Assembly: GCA_001179505.1 (NCBI GenBank) | Contig: CDMY01000376.1 | Span: 390,399-454,398, forward strand | Direction of reading: 5' to 3' | Length of the DNA stretch: 64,000 bases | Source: Vitrella brassicaformis CCMP3155 | Taxonomy: Eukaryota; Protista; Chromerida | Shown: piece by piece, positions 62,618 to 64,000 of the stretch | Numbering within the stretch: the first letter of the stretch is position 1 | Layout: the number at the start of each line of letters is the position of its first letter | Position numbers and translations under genes: made by a program | Notes under the pieces: model-generated | What the model was told of the DNA's origin: nothing | Databases searched by the model: none | The model's input: the letters and a program-made list of their open reading frames with translations, nothing else

Positions 62618-64000
62618 CGCAGCCTCATGCTTCGCCCCGTCGGCGGCCTGCAGTCCAAGCTGACCCAGCGCATCCACCAGCAGGAGTCCGCCTCCCTGCA
62701 GGCAGCCCTGGACGCCATGCGTGACGCCGCCGGCCATCCGACGACCGACGGCGCCCGGCTGCAGAGCTGCAAAGGGCCCGGGGCGTCGGGCTGGCTGCAA
62801 GCTATCCCGTCCCGCCCTGAGACGACCATCTCCCCCGACGCCTTCGTGTGGAACGTGCAGTTCCAGCTCGGCCTGGTGAAGGGACCGACGACGTGTGGGG
62901 CGTGCACGAAGCCCTGCGACCCCCTCGGCGACCACATGCTCAAGTGCCTCAATCGCCGCTACCTCACCAGCCGACACAACACCGTCCAAGCGACCGTCTA
63001 TCGCATCTGCAAGGAGGCCCGATGCCCCAGCGTGAAGACCGAGCAGCTTCTGCGTGACCACCAGTGCCCACTCCCGCAAACGACCGACAAACAGCGGATG
63101 GACCTGGTGCTAACTCAGCATGACGGCTCGAAGCTCATGGCTGACGTCACTGGCACTCACCCCACCCACGCCGACCGCCGAGGCGACCCCAGGAACCTCA
63201 CCAACCAGCGACCCGGCTCGGCCCTTCGCGTGGCCGAGAAGCGCAAGAGGGACCAATACGCCGTCGCATGTGCACGGGGAGGGTACACGTTTCTGCCTCT
63301 GGCCTTCGAGTCGTATGGACGGTGGTCTTCGACTATGGAGACCTTTTTGCACAAGCTAGGCAAGGCAGTGAAGGAAGCTCACTACAGGGATGACAGGGAT
63401 TTCTCGACGGGCCGTGTCGTGGCCCGATGGTGGGTTCTCTTGTCGTGTGCAGTCAGGCGGGAGTGTGCTCTTACGGTGCGCGGCAAGAGTGAGGCCGCCG
63501 CACCATTCATCCGCCCCTTCCCCAGAGACGAGGTCTGGGGGAGGGGCCCCTATTCACCCCATTAGGTCTTTTCCTTCCCACACTGTGCCTTCCATATGCC
63601 TATGCGTGTGTGTGTGTGTGTCTGCGTGTGAGTGTGGCCGTGGGCGTGGGTATGCGGGTGAAGTATTGGTATTCCTGCGTGTGTGTGTGTGTGTCTGGGT
63701 GGTGTGCGTGTGTGTAGGGGTGTGAGTGTGGATGTGGGCGTGGTCTGTGTGTGTGTCTTGCCGCCCTTCTACTTATCCCAGCGGTGATATGTGTATGGGC
63801 GTGGACTGGGGGGGTCTACGGGTCGGCCGCCTGCCGCCCCTCTCCGCCATGGAGAGTGGGGCGGCGGCGCGCTCTCATACACCCCCAGCACTCCGTGCGT
63901 GATTGTTATAAGGGCGTGTTTGTGTGTGACTGGGCGATCTGCACTGGCTGGCCACCTGGGGATGGGCGGTATCTACGTATGGAGTCATGGTGCAGGATGC

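Larger units (their letters stand above)
60030..63565 (+). mobile_element. CRE-clade non-LTR retrotransposon (RT + CCHC + restriction-like endonuclease), 5'-truncated; 3' UTR continues past 63565
   Basis: RT motifs SAQGGTGWRYEHL, VRPIAMGETIRR, LDAKNAFN, GVQQGDFGGP, AFADNI, VLGCPFG and QLKLPLTEGGFGL. C-terminal CGAC...GDHMLKC, RHNTV, MDLV...ADVT...AEKRKRDQY and FLPLAFESYGRW. No APE domain. Upstream in-frame stop at 59997-59999. The 5' boundary is approximate. Confidence 0.9.

Overview
Intron-rich, GC-rich eukaryotic genomic DNA. The short microsatellite-filled introns, bipartite plastid leaders and apicomplexan-like phosphate translocator point to a chromerid alga, most likely Vitrella brassicaformis (inference, no database check). 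I can support 15 protein-coding genes: an unknown protein, acetolactate synthase, an RCC1/coiled-coil protein, a plastid triose-phosphate translocator, a spliced prolyl-4-hydroxylase+PHD-finger protein, plastid LepA/EF-4, an intronless F-box-like orphan, a FemAB-like (DUF482) protein, a Uup-like ABC-F, a mitochondrial J-domain protein, a mitochondrial protein with W-Y repeats, Sec24, a TET/JBP-family dioxygenase, a PARN/CAF1 nuclease and a ~2,600-aa REJ/GPS polycystin-1-like protein. There is also a RimJ/RimL-type GNAT (16 genes in total), a 5'-truncated CRE-clade non-LTR retrotransposon and three 300-N assembly gaps. The two best leads are both 2OG-Fe(II) dioxygenases with chromatin links: an intron-containing TET/JBP-like enzyme (candidate DNA base modifier) and a P4H-PHD fusion that appears only after splicing. 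Gene models were spliced by hand, so some start codons are uncertain.
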